IMG/VR virus record: IMGVR_UViG_3300020469_003958
Direction: 5' to 3' (one strand)
Origin: an uncultured virus (IMG/VR IMGVR_UViG_3300020469_003958)
Taxonomy: Duplodnaviria > Heunggongvirae > Uroviricota > Caudoviricetes
DNA length: 64,000 nucleotides
Below, one piece after another: positions 20,701-27,994 of the stretch. The notes beneath the pieces are model-generated. The model was not told the origin of the DNA. It worked only from the letters and a program-made list of their open reading frames with translations, and searched no databases. Numbering within the stretch: position 1 is the stretch's first letter; each line of letters opens with the position of its first letter. Position numbers and translations under genes: made by a program.

Positions 20701-21839
20701 GATGAATTTAATTTTGCTGAGTTATATAATACATCTTGATTAAATGTTACATTAAAATCATTTGATGATGTTACCCAATATTCATCTATTACTGGTTGTG
20801 TGAAGAATCCATAAGGTTCTTCTTTTTTAGCGAAGGTTGTTATATCTCTTAATACCTCATTTGATTCTAATTGTATTTCTTGCACAAATTCGAAATCAGT
20901 TAAGTTTGATTGAGACCTTCTAAATACTTTTACTCTTGCAGCATCACCTACAAAAGTTTTCATATCAGTAATACTAATCTTAGCAAATGAACCAGTTAGT
21001 GCAGTTGCTAAATCAGCTACATTTTCTATATATGGAAATTCTAATGAATAACTTTCATTTGTAAATGATGTTACAATATTGTTTTCCGCATATGGAGGAG
21101 ATACAATTATTTCATTTTCATTTACAATTTCTTTAATTTTTGGAGCATAATTAATATTATCAAATGTAATGATTTCCTCATCAATTGAACCTGTCCATTT
21201 ATTTCCACTCTTAATTTTTAATCTATAATTTGTAGGTAATGTAAAATTACTTAAATCAGTTCCTGCGTTTGGAACCAATGGAATACCATCTACTACTCCA
21301 GTTTGTGTTACTACTGGTGGATTACCACTAAAGATTGGTTTTACTATTTCATCTATGGTAACCTCAGGTCTACGATAGAATCTAACTTTATCTTCGTTAG
21401 CTAATAGTTTATTGATTTGAAAGGTTCTTTCCCACTTAACATTATAGGCACCTTTCCATTGATTTGGAACTTCTCGTTTTACACCATTATCATCATACTC
21501 CTTTAGTTCACCTAAAACAGTAATCTTACCCAATCCAATTGGAGTATCATTATAAATGTAAACAGCTATTAGTTTAGATATACCCTCATAGTATTCTGGA
21601 ATACCATTACCTGGTTCAAAATAGATTGGGTTTCCAGCAACATCTAAAAGTTCAATCTTTATTTCAGTTGATTCTTTTAGGTATTCTGAACCCTCTATTA
21701 AAAATCCATTCTTACCACCAGTAAATGTATCCTTAAATTCGGTTATTCTAAAGTAATCCGAATTTGGAGTTTCATCTTCTATGAATGTCTGAAATGATGA
21801 TAAGTTTTGTTCGGGTGAATATTTTTTTATTCTTGCCAT
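11766..21839 (-). CDS. Giant tail fibre/host-attachment protein (3357 aa) with Ig-like repeats, CBM-like repeats, cupredoxin-like module and Hint domain
   Basis: S/T/G-rich beta-type composition, repeated modules, RGxW..Y repeats, YYCENHVGMG, Hint ending SHN. Confidence 0.8.
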   Translation of the reverse strand: MARIKKYSPEQNLSSFQTFIEDETPNSDYFRITEFKDTFTGGKNGFLIEGSEYLKESTEIKIELLDVAGNPIYFEPGNGIPEYYEGISKLIAVYIYNDTPIGLGKITVLGELKEYDDNGVKREVPNQWKGAYNVKWERTFQINKLLANEDKVRFYRRPEVTIDEIVKPIFSGNPPVVTQTGVVDGIPLVPNAGTDLSNFTLPTNYRLKIKSGNKWTGSIDEEIITFDNINYAPKIKEIVNENEIIVSPPYAENNIVTSFTNESYSLEFPYIENVADLATALTGSFAKISITDMKTFVGDAARVKVFRRSQSNLTDFEFVQEIQLESNEVLRDITTFAKKEEPYGFFTQPVIDEYWVTSSNDFNVTFNQDVLYNSAKLNSSPDNFFFTTESFSIQNGVEYTLDFNVRKGENTSGDYLKVFLSGSNGSTPTSQTITTINSSNGILQKTNINENIIADTFDSARLYFEVSGSDWYVNNVSLKASQETSFSPDEITFVQQVPKFLVTETFDYRFEFYDINNNFIPVRVEDTKTFSGGNTNLFEKDIEITPDNLYFSFDSASNPANAVPPLTIAIDVETTLVTGSITYTSGAFDSFGNLLSSSQYVGGIYPGYLTNWDVDGGREPFLRVEDFTGSRDDISVQFIRYTGAIEGVSDTFIISRVEDGKGGVSFEIVPFRGLQIKNKESKTLEIQAVRVDGINRINLRSGLEKDFSEAKLHVLSSSLDGLTEVNTYVSLSQAITNPDFLEGVTAGETGSGEIDYNAIFDRDAIDNELTVYLMDGPTTESILTSEILTDLKDGLNPGLVTSTADQFNIKYKPREAFSFDPTQIIVTSSFQQRGSTLNPLTASLVVKPSASIQPLTELPELFVFYDTGAFDDTITVAVTNVVGDSIDSGVPGDSVPYYTATQTKQLNFEFTYTEPITSASVTANKTFFITPDGLPGQDSIVIDIDPNPIALGSNHKGDVYNYGLADTDVQITQGDLFLINTGSGNPGTFTTTSVVPTNIVFETLVGDSTTTMSLSGFETMSALSASVQFDFNIFPYFTASLVTASKIQKFTKIVDGGGPIEVTLDPIANALNADEIGFVSDYSSATTEVFIKQDDEFFFYDEYDGGRPGTFVTASISASNIEFSELSSSFRDLSVSGSISSSGGEVLHFKGFGGLANNQPSASITYNFKVYPYSLTAGVAGVPRIVSKTQTFSKVNDGTAARKVSLVASSDTVIYDGDGVKVAPSGDIVLSATAINVTGSAFFKFLNVDGSTVQASSTNNTATVGDLPATGSTKTFTVELRDGNSAGTIVDTDSVTLSGIAEGSAAYSVVLSNPASSVTVEVDGTTYFDNAGTLLRAYKGGTELQYVEQYNEQAVDPVTFLPIGTFGQFSASIHEISSFLTQGTLRDSKEIVSSSGELYASSSAVTNWNSPQQNTQGFIVFKIDFENGRGEQFVQQSFSTVFEGATGPGIVVRGEWDEEIAYIFDLTQKRRDAVFREISDEVHYWATTEELINKSEYTEESDGLGNDDGIYTAQPVYSAGPPATQEGDIDAGGWQYLGQQDFFVAAKLAIFEESFVKNTINVGEPPPGNVNANIAIVGGTDEPYIAVGQTGTQGFGQPGAFLGVTNDMGGAGAGTNSTSGILSLTGTNNGGSYNQLKWDGETLTIRGSIRQTSAGATEPTLRGIWATATVYAADDLVIYNGQSWTANSAHTSDVSGDATDGPPAVGPWTAASGTGKTVSLSANTFVIAYDQNGNNPSPSSINVFASSSNFIDPYFKFTGGGTNFTDETTFTDGSDTNNDIVSSIDLSGTTISDMPLQFRVGVADGGLSGQDQTELISDVINIFGVKPGSDTEPNFFITPTAGGTQIKNSSGNITLQVQKADLNGVANITSGTDARIYDGNTLLAVQTGVTDAGNGVVYNPTIDKDFINGTKTLLLKDGSTPTPQVLDSITLLDVTDGLGGGSFIASNLKTSRDSITNIYTPTTLTVQASFYDTSGTEYTKNVTITPNWSGTVDQMKIGTATGASQITITADDGDGTSMTLGDTNYTDTKDVVVTAVFTDPATSQTTTINETFYIISDGADGVDGITVINTNQAHSLPASSAGVVSSYTNSGTEIRVFEGVTALTKVSSIGAGTGVYTITATQSPASTMNTPSFGGGGTTTATVADFTSMDNNEDTVTITYNISGIRLLGDAFTATTTQTLTKVKDGTDGADGDASGIVYAGAWKVGTNNTYNNPTEYLSGDLKYVVKYNDGSGDRFYTTEIEHYHRGDWVANTQDYAINDIIFNPVGTNGSDNTYYVANSSITGQSRTTNPQASSLWTSLGAASNLVPMNGGGGLQLDGDDAFAIFGAQFTSVATDILFAEDVYANRTINVGTGENNKPVISLNADTENGSASPFISIGQATQSFEEDGIFIGYPSGSAAPVLSLVSGSDFMIYNDGVIALSNAALLGTGSNSIIRGPGLQIGYDLTTQYTEVDNRSYNFTVTKDGIVNAVDAFIKGTIDANDGNIGQWVITPRELDSNGNPIDGTGGILQDDDGEIRFDPNVGEIQIYSASLVTQSLDYPATSSVTVQNSKFYIDYGDGAEEAPVIYLERSAYGDTGTGGTVQNRGYYFDLSDSSLDTHEFSFSMRENGIGTYGGRYNKSTTLTTSEYQQPFLIITSSADPGNAGAYIQIIPSASMESPWAGGNGLVGDPSSMEFWYYCENHVGMGNRTYIYNDGFAYDGVPEYTERVTIGSQDAFTETDAGGGTFTFAQSTSQHFYKNVIGISTTSQYGFLENASEDQNSIFSANVALDAGPVLLTDIDYPSLHLDATGIVEGEFNSPSPNYSPSVEGQVHGGNQIFGGNSYGSRAIYQYLELWNDDTSTLVATKYLSALNVYGANEAFYFWQASSSGGGGINSVVGTTEITLEDGNTKLAKDITLDDKILAWDSDTDKWVSARISKIKKSNVSEIYKVTIDGNEIEVSDSHKFWLFGNQKNSGQIIVSELYKYKLAGNPMTQDHLKLWVKDGDSKKKVAITNIRKIEKEEEVITFTVPNYVNYISNNIISHNVFGSLSWNQQNFSYGQSNQGLRTVAGGTSNFDVEIPNTGNYKVRFRINLRSRASTSVTVSANSSATTTTTYGVSNFVFDSDNTSAKGYLNNGSKSTVVPYQDTISIQKNNNFIEILPAGIQVVSGTGRFTRLHRRDQDATEVELVEVVDGAIKIESRNQISGGTSTNDKMALSIAGNIKPTPHAAYGDTSGWNLGASSNYFREGWMRELNGTPIGTMQLVAACYFGVSTSGNIEGPYNDHNVSSVTRASKGEFTVTLTSTTGFSLSSGLGFANGYGRNGSTDNGPGTNLGDNEFSFNTGVKVKTSNVEINVKDNNGDQDRDPNIVYFVLFSD
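12765..13214 (-). other. Hint (intein-like) domain, residues 2876-3025 of the tail fibre
   Basis: Starts SVVGTTEITLEDG after a Gly linker; block B-like EVSDSHKF; ends NYISNNIISHN followed by Val; no endonuclease. Confidence 0.8.
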
Positions 21840-21864
21840 TAAGAAATAGTTCCGTTAATTCCAT

Positions 21865-21901
21865 TATAAATATTTGAAAAAATTAATTTAGAATATTTAT
21901 T
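21865..21901. promoter_or_regulatory. Back-to-back late-type promoter motifs for the tail fibre (-) and the RHH gene (+)
   Basis: TATTTATA on - strand at 21865-21872 (25 nt before ATG 21839); TATTTATT on + strand at 21894-21901 (28 nt before ATG 21930). Confidence 0.6.
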
Positions 21902-21928
21902 CTAAAGAAAACTAAAGAGTTCTAAAGA
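21887..21928. repeat. Inverted repeat plus three 10-bp-phased CTAAAGA direct repeats (putative operator)
   Basis: TTTAGAATA-tt-TATTCTAAA at 21887-21906; CTAAAGA at 21902, 21912, 21922. Confidence 0.65.
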
Positions 21929-21929
21929 A

Positions 21930-22097
21930 ATGAATAAAAAATATGCAATGTTACAAATTGATGCTGAAGTTCATCAATTATTAAAGTCCTTTTGTAGAGA
22001 TAAAGGATACAAAATGAATGGGTTAGTAGAATCTCTTATAAAAGAAAAAGTATCACCAAAACAAACTCAACCACAAAACATTTTAAGGTCTAGCTAA
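21930..22097 (+). CDS. Small ribbon-helix-helix-like DNA-binding protein (55 aa)
   Basis: Not in ORF track; MNKKYAMLQIDAEVHQLLKSFCRDKGYKMNGLVESLIKEK.. fits a strand-helix-G-helix pattern and fills an otherwise empty gap. Confidence 0.7.
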   Translation: MNKKYAMLQIDAEVHQLLKSFCRDKGYKMNGLVESLIKEKVSPKQTQPQNILRSS

Positions 22098-22920
22098 CCG
22101 CTCTACCTTTCATTTGTTCCCAATCTCTATTATTTCTAACCTTATCATTTGTTTGTTTGACTGCTTCTAAAACATTTGTAGTTGTTTTAAATCTATTTGC
22201 TAAATGAATTAGTGCAGATAAATCTTTTGGGAAACAATGCCCACCATAACCAAAATCACCATCGTGACCAGGAACCATCCAATGTGATTTTCCTAATCTT
22301 TCATCATAAGTTGCATATTCTACAACCTTATCATAATCTATATTTACCTTTTCACATAATTGATAAATTTCATTAGCAAATGATACTTTAGTTGAGAGGA
22401 ATGTATTAGTTAAATATTTTACCATCTCAGCGTGGGTTGAATCGGTTTTAATTATATCTGCTTTAGGAAATACTTTTGAAAAGATTCGTTTTAAAGTTGT
22501 TGTTGCTGGTCTTGGTCCACCCAATATAATTCTTTTTTGATTATTATAATCTTCAACTGCATTTCTTTCAGTTAAAAACTCTGGATTAAATACGACTTGT
22601 ATATGTTTAGGTGTTATCTTATTAAAAGATGCAACTGTTAATGGTGGTACTGTTGATTTGATTACAACCACCTTTCGTTGGTTTAAGTTAATTATTTTTC
22701 CTAAGATACTTGCTACAATTGAAATATCACATTCACCTGTTCCCATATGCATAGGTGTTGGTAAACAAAGGAATAGTACATTACAACTTAATACTTCTTC
22801 TTCGGTTGCTGTTGCTTTTGTTTCATCTAAATCATATGTTAATATTTGATAATATTTTTTAAACTTCTGATAAACTGCATTACCAACAAACCCTTGTCCT
22901 ATTATTCCTATTTTATTCAT
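22090..22920 (-). CDS. ugd: UDP-glucose/GDP-mannose dehydrogenase family protein (short form)
   Basis: GIIGQGFVG, CLPTP, IKSTVPP, NPEFL, AEMVKY..N, GYGGHCFPKD. Confidence 0.88.
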   Translation of the reverse strand: MNKIGIIGQGFVGNAVYQKFKKYYQILTYDLDETKATATEEEVLSCNVLFLCLPTPMHMGTGECDISIVASILGKIINLNQRKVVVIKSTVPPLTVASFNKITPKHIQVVFNPEFLTERNAVEDYNNQKRIILGGPRPATTTLKRIFSKVFPKADIIKTDSTHAEMVKYLTNTFLSTKVSFANEIYQLCEKVNIDYDKVVEYATYDERLGKSHWMVPGHDGDFGYGGHCFPKDLSALIHLANRFKTTTNVLEAVKQTNDKVRNNRDWEQMKGRAVS

Positions 22921-22922
22921 TA

Positions 22923-25900
22923 CTAAAATTTAATGTTACTGAATCCATTTACTTTTTTAATTTCCATAAGGGAATCTACCACATCTCTCATTGAATCAAT
23001 ATGTGATATAATCATCACAAAATCAAATTGTGTTTTCAAATATGCAAACAACATATACAATGATGTTAGATTCTCATTATCTAATGTTCCAAACCCTTCA
23101 TCAATTACTAAGAAGTTAGGGCGAGGAAGATTACATACATTGATTAGAGCGATTCTAATGGCTAATCCACTAATGAACCTCTCCATACCACTACACATCT
23201 CTAAACTCCATTTCTGGTCATCATAAACGATGTTAGCGTTAACGTTCTTACCATCCATCTCTAATTGTAATCCAAACTCTACGATTTGACCTAAGATATT
23301 GTTTACTTCACCTTCAATCATTGGTAATGCTTTGGAAATCAGTTCATACGATACACCATCTTTTCCTAAAGCGTTCAGATAATATTCGTACAATCCAAAT
23401 TGTTCTTCTAACTTAGATACTTCATCTATTCTATCTTCGATAGTTTTCTTTTGATTCTTTAAAGAAGATACTGAACCATTTAGTACTAATATATCTGCTT
23501 CACTATTTGATAAGATTTGTTTTGATTTGCCTAACTTATGTCTTACATCAACAATCTCATCTCTAAGTTCTTTATTCTTATTAATTTGTTTTTCATTATC
23601 CAAATAATCCTCAATAAGTTGTGTAACTTGAAGAAGTTCGTTATTTAGTTTGATTTCTTGAGTTTCGAATGTTGATAACTTGTTGATAAGTATGTTAATA
23701 TCTCTACTTACTTTGTTTTCATCTTCTTTAAGTTTATTCAACTTTTTATATTCTAACTCAAATGGAGCTAACTCTTTTCGTTTAGATACCAACTCAGATT
23801 GTTTGTTTTCTAAATCACTTAGTTCTGATTTGATGGTTTCCAATTCACTCTCTACCTTTTCTTTTTGCTCTAAGATAGTTTGTGAGTTCTCCATACAAAT
23901 ATCACAATCTTCATTGTATTTGTGGGAATCCAAATGTTGTTTTCTCTCATTAAAGGATTCACTCTTTATAAGGTGTTTTTCAATATTGTTTTCAACGAGT
24001 GTAAGTTCATATCCCACCTCATTATATTCCGCTAGACCCTCATCAATTTTATCCTCATCAAATGAATCTATTTTTTCTTCTAATTGGATTTGGGTTTCCT
24101 CAAACTCTCCAATCTTAGATTGTATCTTATCTCTTTGAGATAACAATTCGGTTAACGAAGTTTCCGAAGTCGATTTTTTGTTTTGTAATTCTTCTAAAGA
24201 ATAGTTATCGGATTTAACTTTTACAATCTTTTCGTTGAGAGAGATTAATTTCTGATTGTGCTTTTCTACTACTTCTTTAGCAGTAGTTAAACTAACTTCT
24301 TCTAATTTGTATTCAGCTTCTGCTCTCTTTAAATCAATTTGTATATCAGCTAATTGTTGAGTAAAATCATCTCTCTTAAACTTTCGTATTAAGGAAGCGT
24401 TATCTCTATTCTCATTATAAGCATGTGAGTAAAGTTTATCAAAGATATCCACACCCATAAATTGAGCAAGGATTTCTTTTCTCTCACTTTGTGATTTATC
24501 AATGAATAGGGAATTGTTACCTTGAAGTGAAAGTGTAGTTAGTACAAAATCTTCATACGTTCCTAAGTATTGTTGAATGATGGAGTTGGTATCCCTCCGT
24601 TGCTCTCCATTCAAGGAGTGGATACCACCCTCATCCTCTCTCCAAAAGGATACATCTACTTTTAGATTTTTCCCTTTGTTGATTAACTTTGCTCTTCTCT
24701 CAATAAAGTAATCTACATCTTCTATTTGAAAGTGTAATTTACAATAGAAGTTACCCTTTCTATTATTAAGAATGTTCTTTGCTATATAGGTTCTACTTGT
24801 TTTGTCGAATATACAAAAGGATAGTGCATCGAATAAAGATGATTTACCTGAAGCATTAGGAGCGAATATACCTACTATACCATTAGTGTTTTCAAATCTT
24901 ATCTTATTGTTCTCACCATAGGAAAACATATTAGAAAATTCAAATTGCTTAGGAACCCATTGTATATTAGGTGTTACATCATCATCAACCAACTTTGTGT
25001 TGATTTGTCTGTTGATTTGTTTTATCTTATCAATAGTATCATCATCTGCCAAATATTGTCTTTCCAAATAATCTTTAATCAGTTCATTTTGGAATTCAAC
25101 ATCTCTCACATTTCCAATTGCTAACTTATCATCAAAGTTACCAGTCTTTTGTTTAGATAAAGTATCCATTCGAGTAACAGTGAACTCTTGTACTTTATAT
25201 TGTTTTTTAATTTTTGTTAATGCCTTTTTAATCTGAGAAGGGTCAGTATTTGAAACTCTAACTCTTAATCTAGGTTTCTTTGGCATATTAGTAACTGTTG
25301 GAACTACACCATTGTTTACATCTAATGTATAGAAACCATAATCGTTTGGTAAATCAACCTCTTCGAATGTTCTACTTTCAACATCCCATAATAGATAACC
25401 ATGCTTCTCTAATGATTCGCCGTGGTTTTGTTGAATCATAGAACCAGCATATGCAATGGTTGATGAACCTAATGTTTGTCTTTTATGGATATCACCTAAC
25501 ATCACCATATCGAATCCTTCAAACATATCAGTTGTGAAAGAGTTAGATGATACAGTATATCCTATATCAGTTTGTGCTAAATTAACGGGTCCGTGGAATA
25601 AACAAATAGTATTCTCACCTTCTACCACTTCTGCCTTTGGCCAATTCTCTTTGTTATCGAGTATCGAATAAACCACAAAAGTAATGTTATGGAAGGGATA
25701 CACACCAGTATCTTTGAGGTAGTGGATTCTATCATTTTCTAAGTTTTCTACAATTGGAGTGAGTACATCCAATCTATAATTGTTGTTTAAGTTACAATCG
25801 TGATTACCAGTGATTAAGAATGTATGTTTTCTATTTGCACACTCAGTTAAGAACCAACTGATTTCTCTGATTAACTCAGGACTCATTTCAGTTTTTGCAT

Positions 25901-26054
25901 GTGCAATATCACCAGCTAAATAGATAACTGAATTCTCAATGTTATCTTTATCTACGTTGTTTAAGAATTTTTGGAATACTTCTCTATATTCCTTATGTCT
26001 TTTTAGATTACGAATATGTAAATCCGCTAAATGGTAGATTTTTTCTACTATCAT
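22923..26054 (-). CDS. Fused Mre11/SbcD nuclease - Rad50/SbcC ATPase (T4 gp47+gp46-like)
   Basis: DLH, GDIAH, GNHD, GDIH; APNASGKSS, coiled coil with CDIC hook, CSGME, IDEGFGTLD, ISH. Confidence 0.92.
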   Translation of the reverse strand: MIVEKIYHLADLHIRNLKRHKEYREVFQKFLNNVDKDNIENSVIYLAGDIAHAKTEMSPELIREISWFLTECANRKHTFLITGNHDCNLNNNYRLDVLTPIVENLENDRIHYLKDTGVYPFHNITFVVYSILDNKENWPKAEVVEGENTICLFHGPVNLAQTDIGYTVSSNSFTTDMFEGFDMVMLGDIHKRQTLGSSTIAYAGSMIQQNHGESLEKHGYLLWDVESRTFEEVDLPNDYGFYTLDVNNGVVPTVTNMPKKPRLRVRVSNTDPSQIKKALTKIKKQYKVQEFTVTRMDTLSKQKTGNFDDKLAIGNVRDVEFQNELIKDYLERQYLADDDTIDKIKQINRQINTKLVDDDVTPNIQWVPKQFEFSNMFSYGENNKIRFENTNGIVGIFAPNASGKSSLFDALSFCIFDKTSRTYIAKNILNNRKGNFYCKLHFQIEDVDYFIERRAKLINKGKNLKVDVSFWREDEGGIHSLNGEQRRDTNSIIQQYLGTYEDFVLTTLSLQGNNSLFIDKSQSERKEILAQFMGVDIFDKLYSHAYNENRDNASLIRKFKRDDFTQQLADIQIDLKRAEAEYKLEEVSLTTAKEVVEKHNQKLISLNEKIVKVKSDNYSLEELQNKKSTSETSLTELLSQRDKIQSKIGEFEETQIQLEEKIDSFDEDKIDEGLAEYNEVGYELTLVENNIEKHLIKSESFNERKQHLDSHKYNEDCDICMENSQTILEQKEKVESELETIKSELSDLENKQSELVSKRKELAPFELEYKKLNKLKEDENKVSRDINILINKLSTFETQEIKLNNELLQVTQLIEDYLDNEKQINKNKELRDEIVDVRHKLGKSKQILSNSEADILVLNGSVSSLKNQKKTIEDRIDEVSKLEEQFGLYEYYLNALGKDGVSYELISKALPMIEGEVNNILGQIVEFGLQLEMDGKNVNANIVYDDQKWSLEMCSGMERFISGLAIRIALINVCNLPRPNFLVIDEGFGTLDNENLTSLYMLFAYLKTQFDFVMIISHIDSMRDVVDSLMEIKKVNGFSNIKF

Positions 26055-26989
26055 ATATTATTTAGTTTTGAAAGGATTAAATCATCCCAACCGGTTTCTT
26101 CGGTTTCTTTTAACAAATTATTGATTTTATCAAATCCCAAATCTCCAGCATCACCACCTTCAGGTATAACATTCTTTACCTTTATACCATTTTTGATAAA
26201 ATAGTTTGCATGTTTGGTAGAATCATCTACTGCATCGGAATCTAACAATATGTTGATTTCCTTTACACCCTTCTCTTTAATTTTGTTTTGTAAACTTCGA
26301 GGTATAAACTTTCCTAAAATAGGAATCACATTTCGTTTAACTGAGAATGAATCAAAAACACCTTCTACTAATGTAATAGGTTCTTTCCAATCGATTTGAT
26401 TATCAAATACAATTACATTCCTACTAACAGGTGGATTCTTATATTTCATCTTCTCATCTTCATAAAAAGAACGAGCAATAAAATAGTTTAATTCACCATC
26501 TTCATTATAAGATGGAATAATTATTCTACCACTATACAATCCTTCCTCACAATAACCAATGTTATATTTCAAAACCTCATCCATAGAAATACTTCTTTGT
26601 TTGAGATAATGAATTGCTTGATTATAAATCGGATTAATTGATTTAGGTTTTTTAGAAAGTGTTTTGAATTCTTTTGGAAGTCTGAGAACTATCTTCTCTA
26701 CTTCTAATTCGTTTCGTTTTGGTTTATACTCACCATATATAGAATGAATTCTTGCTAATTCACTCTTATCAACATTTAGTTTATAAAGTAAGGATTGAAT
26801 ACTCCTACCCTTAGAATCACATACCCAACAATGCCAATATTGAGATTCTAAATTTATTTGGAGTTTCTTCTTATGGTGATGACAAAAAGGACAATGATGT
26901 GCTTGTTCATTTCCTTTCATTGATGTACCAACACCTAATGTAGAATCCAATACGTTTATAACAACTAACTTATTTCTTGCGGAGAGCAT
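26051..26989 (-). CDS. DNA primase (Zn finger + TOPRIM)
   Basis: CPFC..HCWVC, GRIIIP, LVEGVFD, LDSDA, DAGD. Confidence 0.88.
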   Translation of the reverse strand: MLSARNKLVVINVLDSTLGVGTSMKGNEQAHHCPFCHHHKKKLQINLESQYWHCWVCDSKGRSIQSLLYKLNVDKSELARIHSIYGEYKPKRNELEVEKIVLRLPKEFKTLSKKPKSINPIYNQAIHYLKQRSISMDEVLKYNIGYCEEGLYSGRIIIPSYNEDGELNYFIARSFYEDEKMKYKNPPVSRNVIVFDNQIDWKEPITLVEGVFDSFSVKRNVIPILGKFIPRSLQNKIKEKGVKEINILLDSDAVDDSTKHANYFIKNGIKVKNVIPEGGDAGDLGFDKINNLLKETEETGWDDLILSKLNNI

Positions 26990-27004
26990 AAATTAAATTT
27001 TAAG

Positions 27005-27036
27005 TAAATATACGAAAAATTTTTTAATTATCCAAT
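27005..27036 (-). promoter_or_regulatory. Bacteroidota-type promoter for primase/Mre11-Rad50 genes
   Basis: ATTG-N20-TATATTTA. Confidence 0.6.
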
Positions 27037-27231
27037 TTTTGAATTAGAAACTTCGTTTAAAAAATTTCCTAACTTCTTTGTTGCTTCAATAAAATCAGTG
27101 TCAACTTTTCTATCTTCCATACCCTTTACTAGTTGTTGGATAGATTTTACAGCTACTTTTATTGCATCATCTTTTGCGTTTAACGAATTTTTGTTTATGC
27201 CATATCTTTTGGCTATTTGGTCTAAAGTCAT
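27028..27231 (-). CDS. Hypothetical protein
   Basis: 67-aa ORF with its own promoter. Confidence 0.6.
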   Translation of the reverse strand: MTLDQIAKRYGINKNSLNAKDDAIKVAVKSIQQLVKGMEDRKVDTDFIEATKKLGNFLNEVSNSKIG

Positions 27232-27264
27232 AATATTATTTTTTATGTATATACAATTTGAGTA

Positions 27265-27296
27265 CTAATATACAAATAATTTTTTAATTATCCAAA
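27265..27296 (-). promoter_or_regulatory. Bacteroidota-type promoter
   Basis: TTTG-N20-TATATTAG. Confidence 0.65.
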
Positions 27297-27748
27297 TCTT
27301 TTTTATAAAATTTTCCTAAAATATTACCATTTAAACAATTTTCATCGGAAAGTACATCATATTTGAACTGATATTGTACTTCATAATAAGATAAGGATTT
27401 TTTTGAATAGCAGAATTGTAATACACTTCTTTTAAACTCATCTTCTTTACCTTCTGAGATTTGTTCTTTAATCCAATCGTTTGATGAGTAGTATTTCTGC
27501 CAGTCAGAAGATTTTCTAACTTTTTTCTTTTTGGGTAGTGAACCTCGTATACCAGCTAACTTTCGTTCTTCTTTAATACGTTGTAATTCCCTTTTTCCAA
27601 TTTTTACATTACGAACACTTTGTAAGGATTTCTTACCAATGTAGTATTTGCCAGTTGGAATATGTTCTATTAGATAAACAAATCCTACGGCATTTTCGGG
27701 TATAACATCTTCGGTAACATCGTTACCATTCCATAACCAATTTAGCAT
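27284..27748 (-). CDS. GIY-YIG nuclease (T4 endonuclease II-like)
   Basis: GFVYLIEHIPTGKYYIGKK, SDWQKYYSS, YYE..Q, NGNI. Confidence 0.8.
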   Translation of the reverse strand: MLNWLWNGNDVTEDVIPENAVGFVYLIEHIPTGKYYIGKKSLQSVRNVKIGKRELQRIKEERKLAGIRGSLPKKKKVRKSSDWQKYYSSNDWIKEQISEGKEDEFKRSVLQFCYSKKSLSYYEVQYQFKYDVLSDENCLNGNILGKFYKKDLDN

Positions 27749-27754
27749 TAAATC

Positions 27755-27961
27755 TTATTTAAATGTATCAGAGTAAGGTTTTCCTGGTTTGAATCCTGCA
27801 CTACCTTGTCCTAACTTTCCACCACCAGCTTTTTCGATAGCCTTCTGGTCTTTAGATAAATCCAATCCACCATCTGCTTCTAATTTAGTTTTATCTCCAC
27901 CTTTAAGGTTTGCCTTTGATTGAGCAGGTGCGTTATTTTTTAATCTTTCTTCTAAAGTCAT
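27755..27961 (-). CDS. Hypothetical protein
   Basis: 68-aa ORF with late-type motif at 27982-27989. Confidence 0.6.
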   Translation of the reverse strand: MTLEERLKNNAPAQSKANLKGGDKTKLEADGGLDLSKDQKAIEKAGGGKLGQGSAGFKPGKPYSDTFK

Positions 27962-27994
27962 AATTGTGTTCCTTTATATATTATAAATATAACC

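Noticed and set aside
27284..27748. GIY-YIG gene as an intron-encoded homing endonuclease
   Set aside because: Free-standing, no interrupted gene around it and no C-terminal DNA-binding repeats
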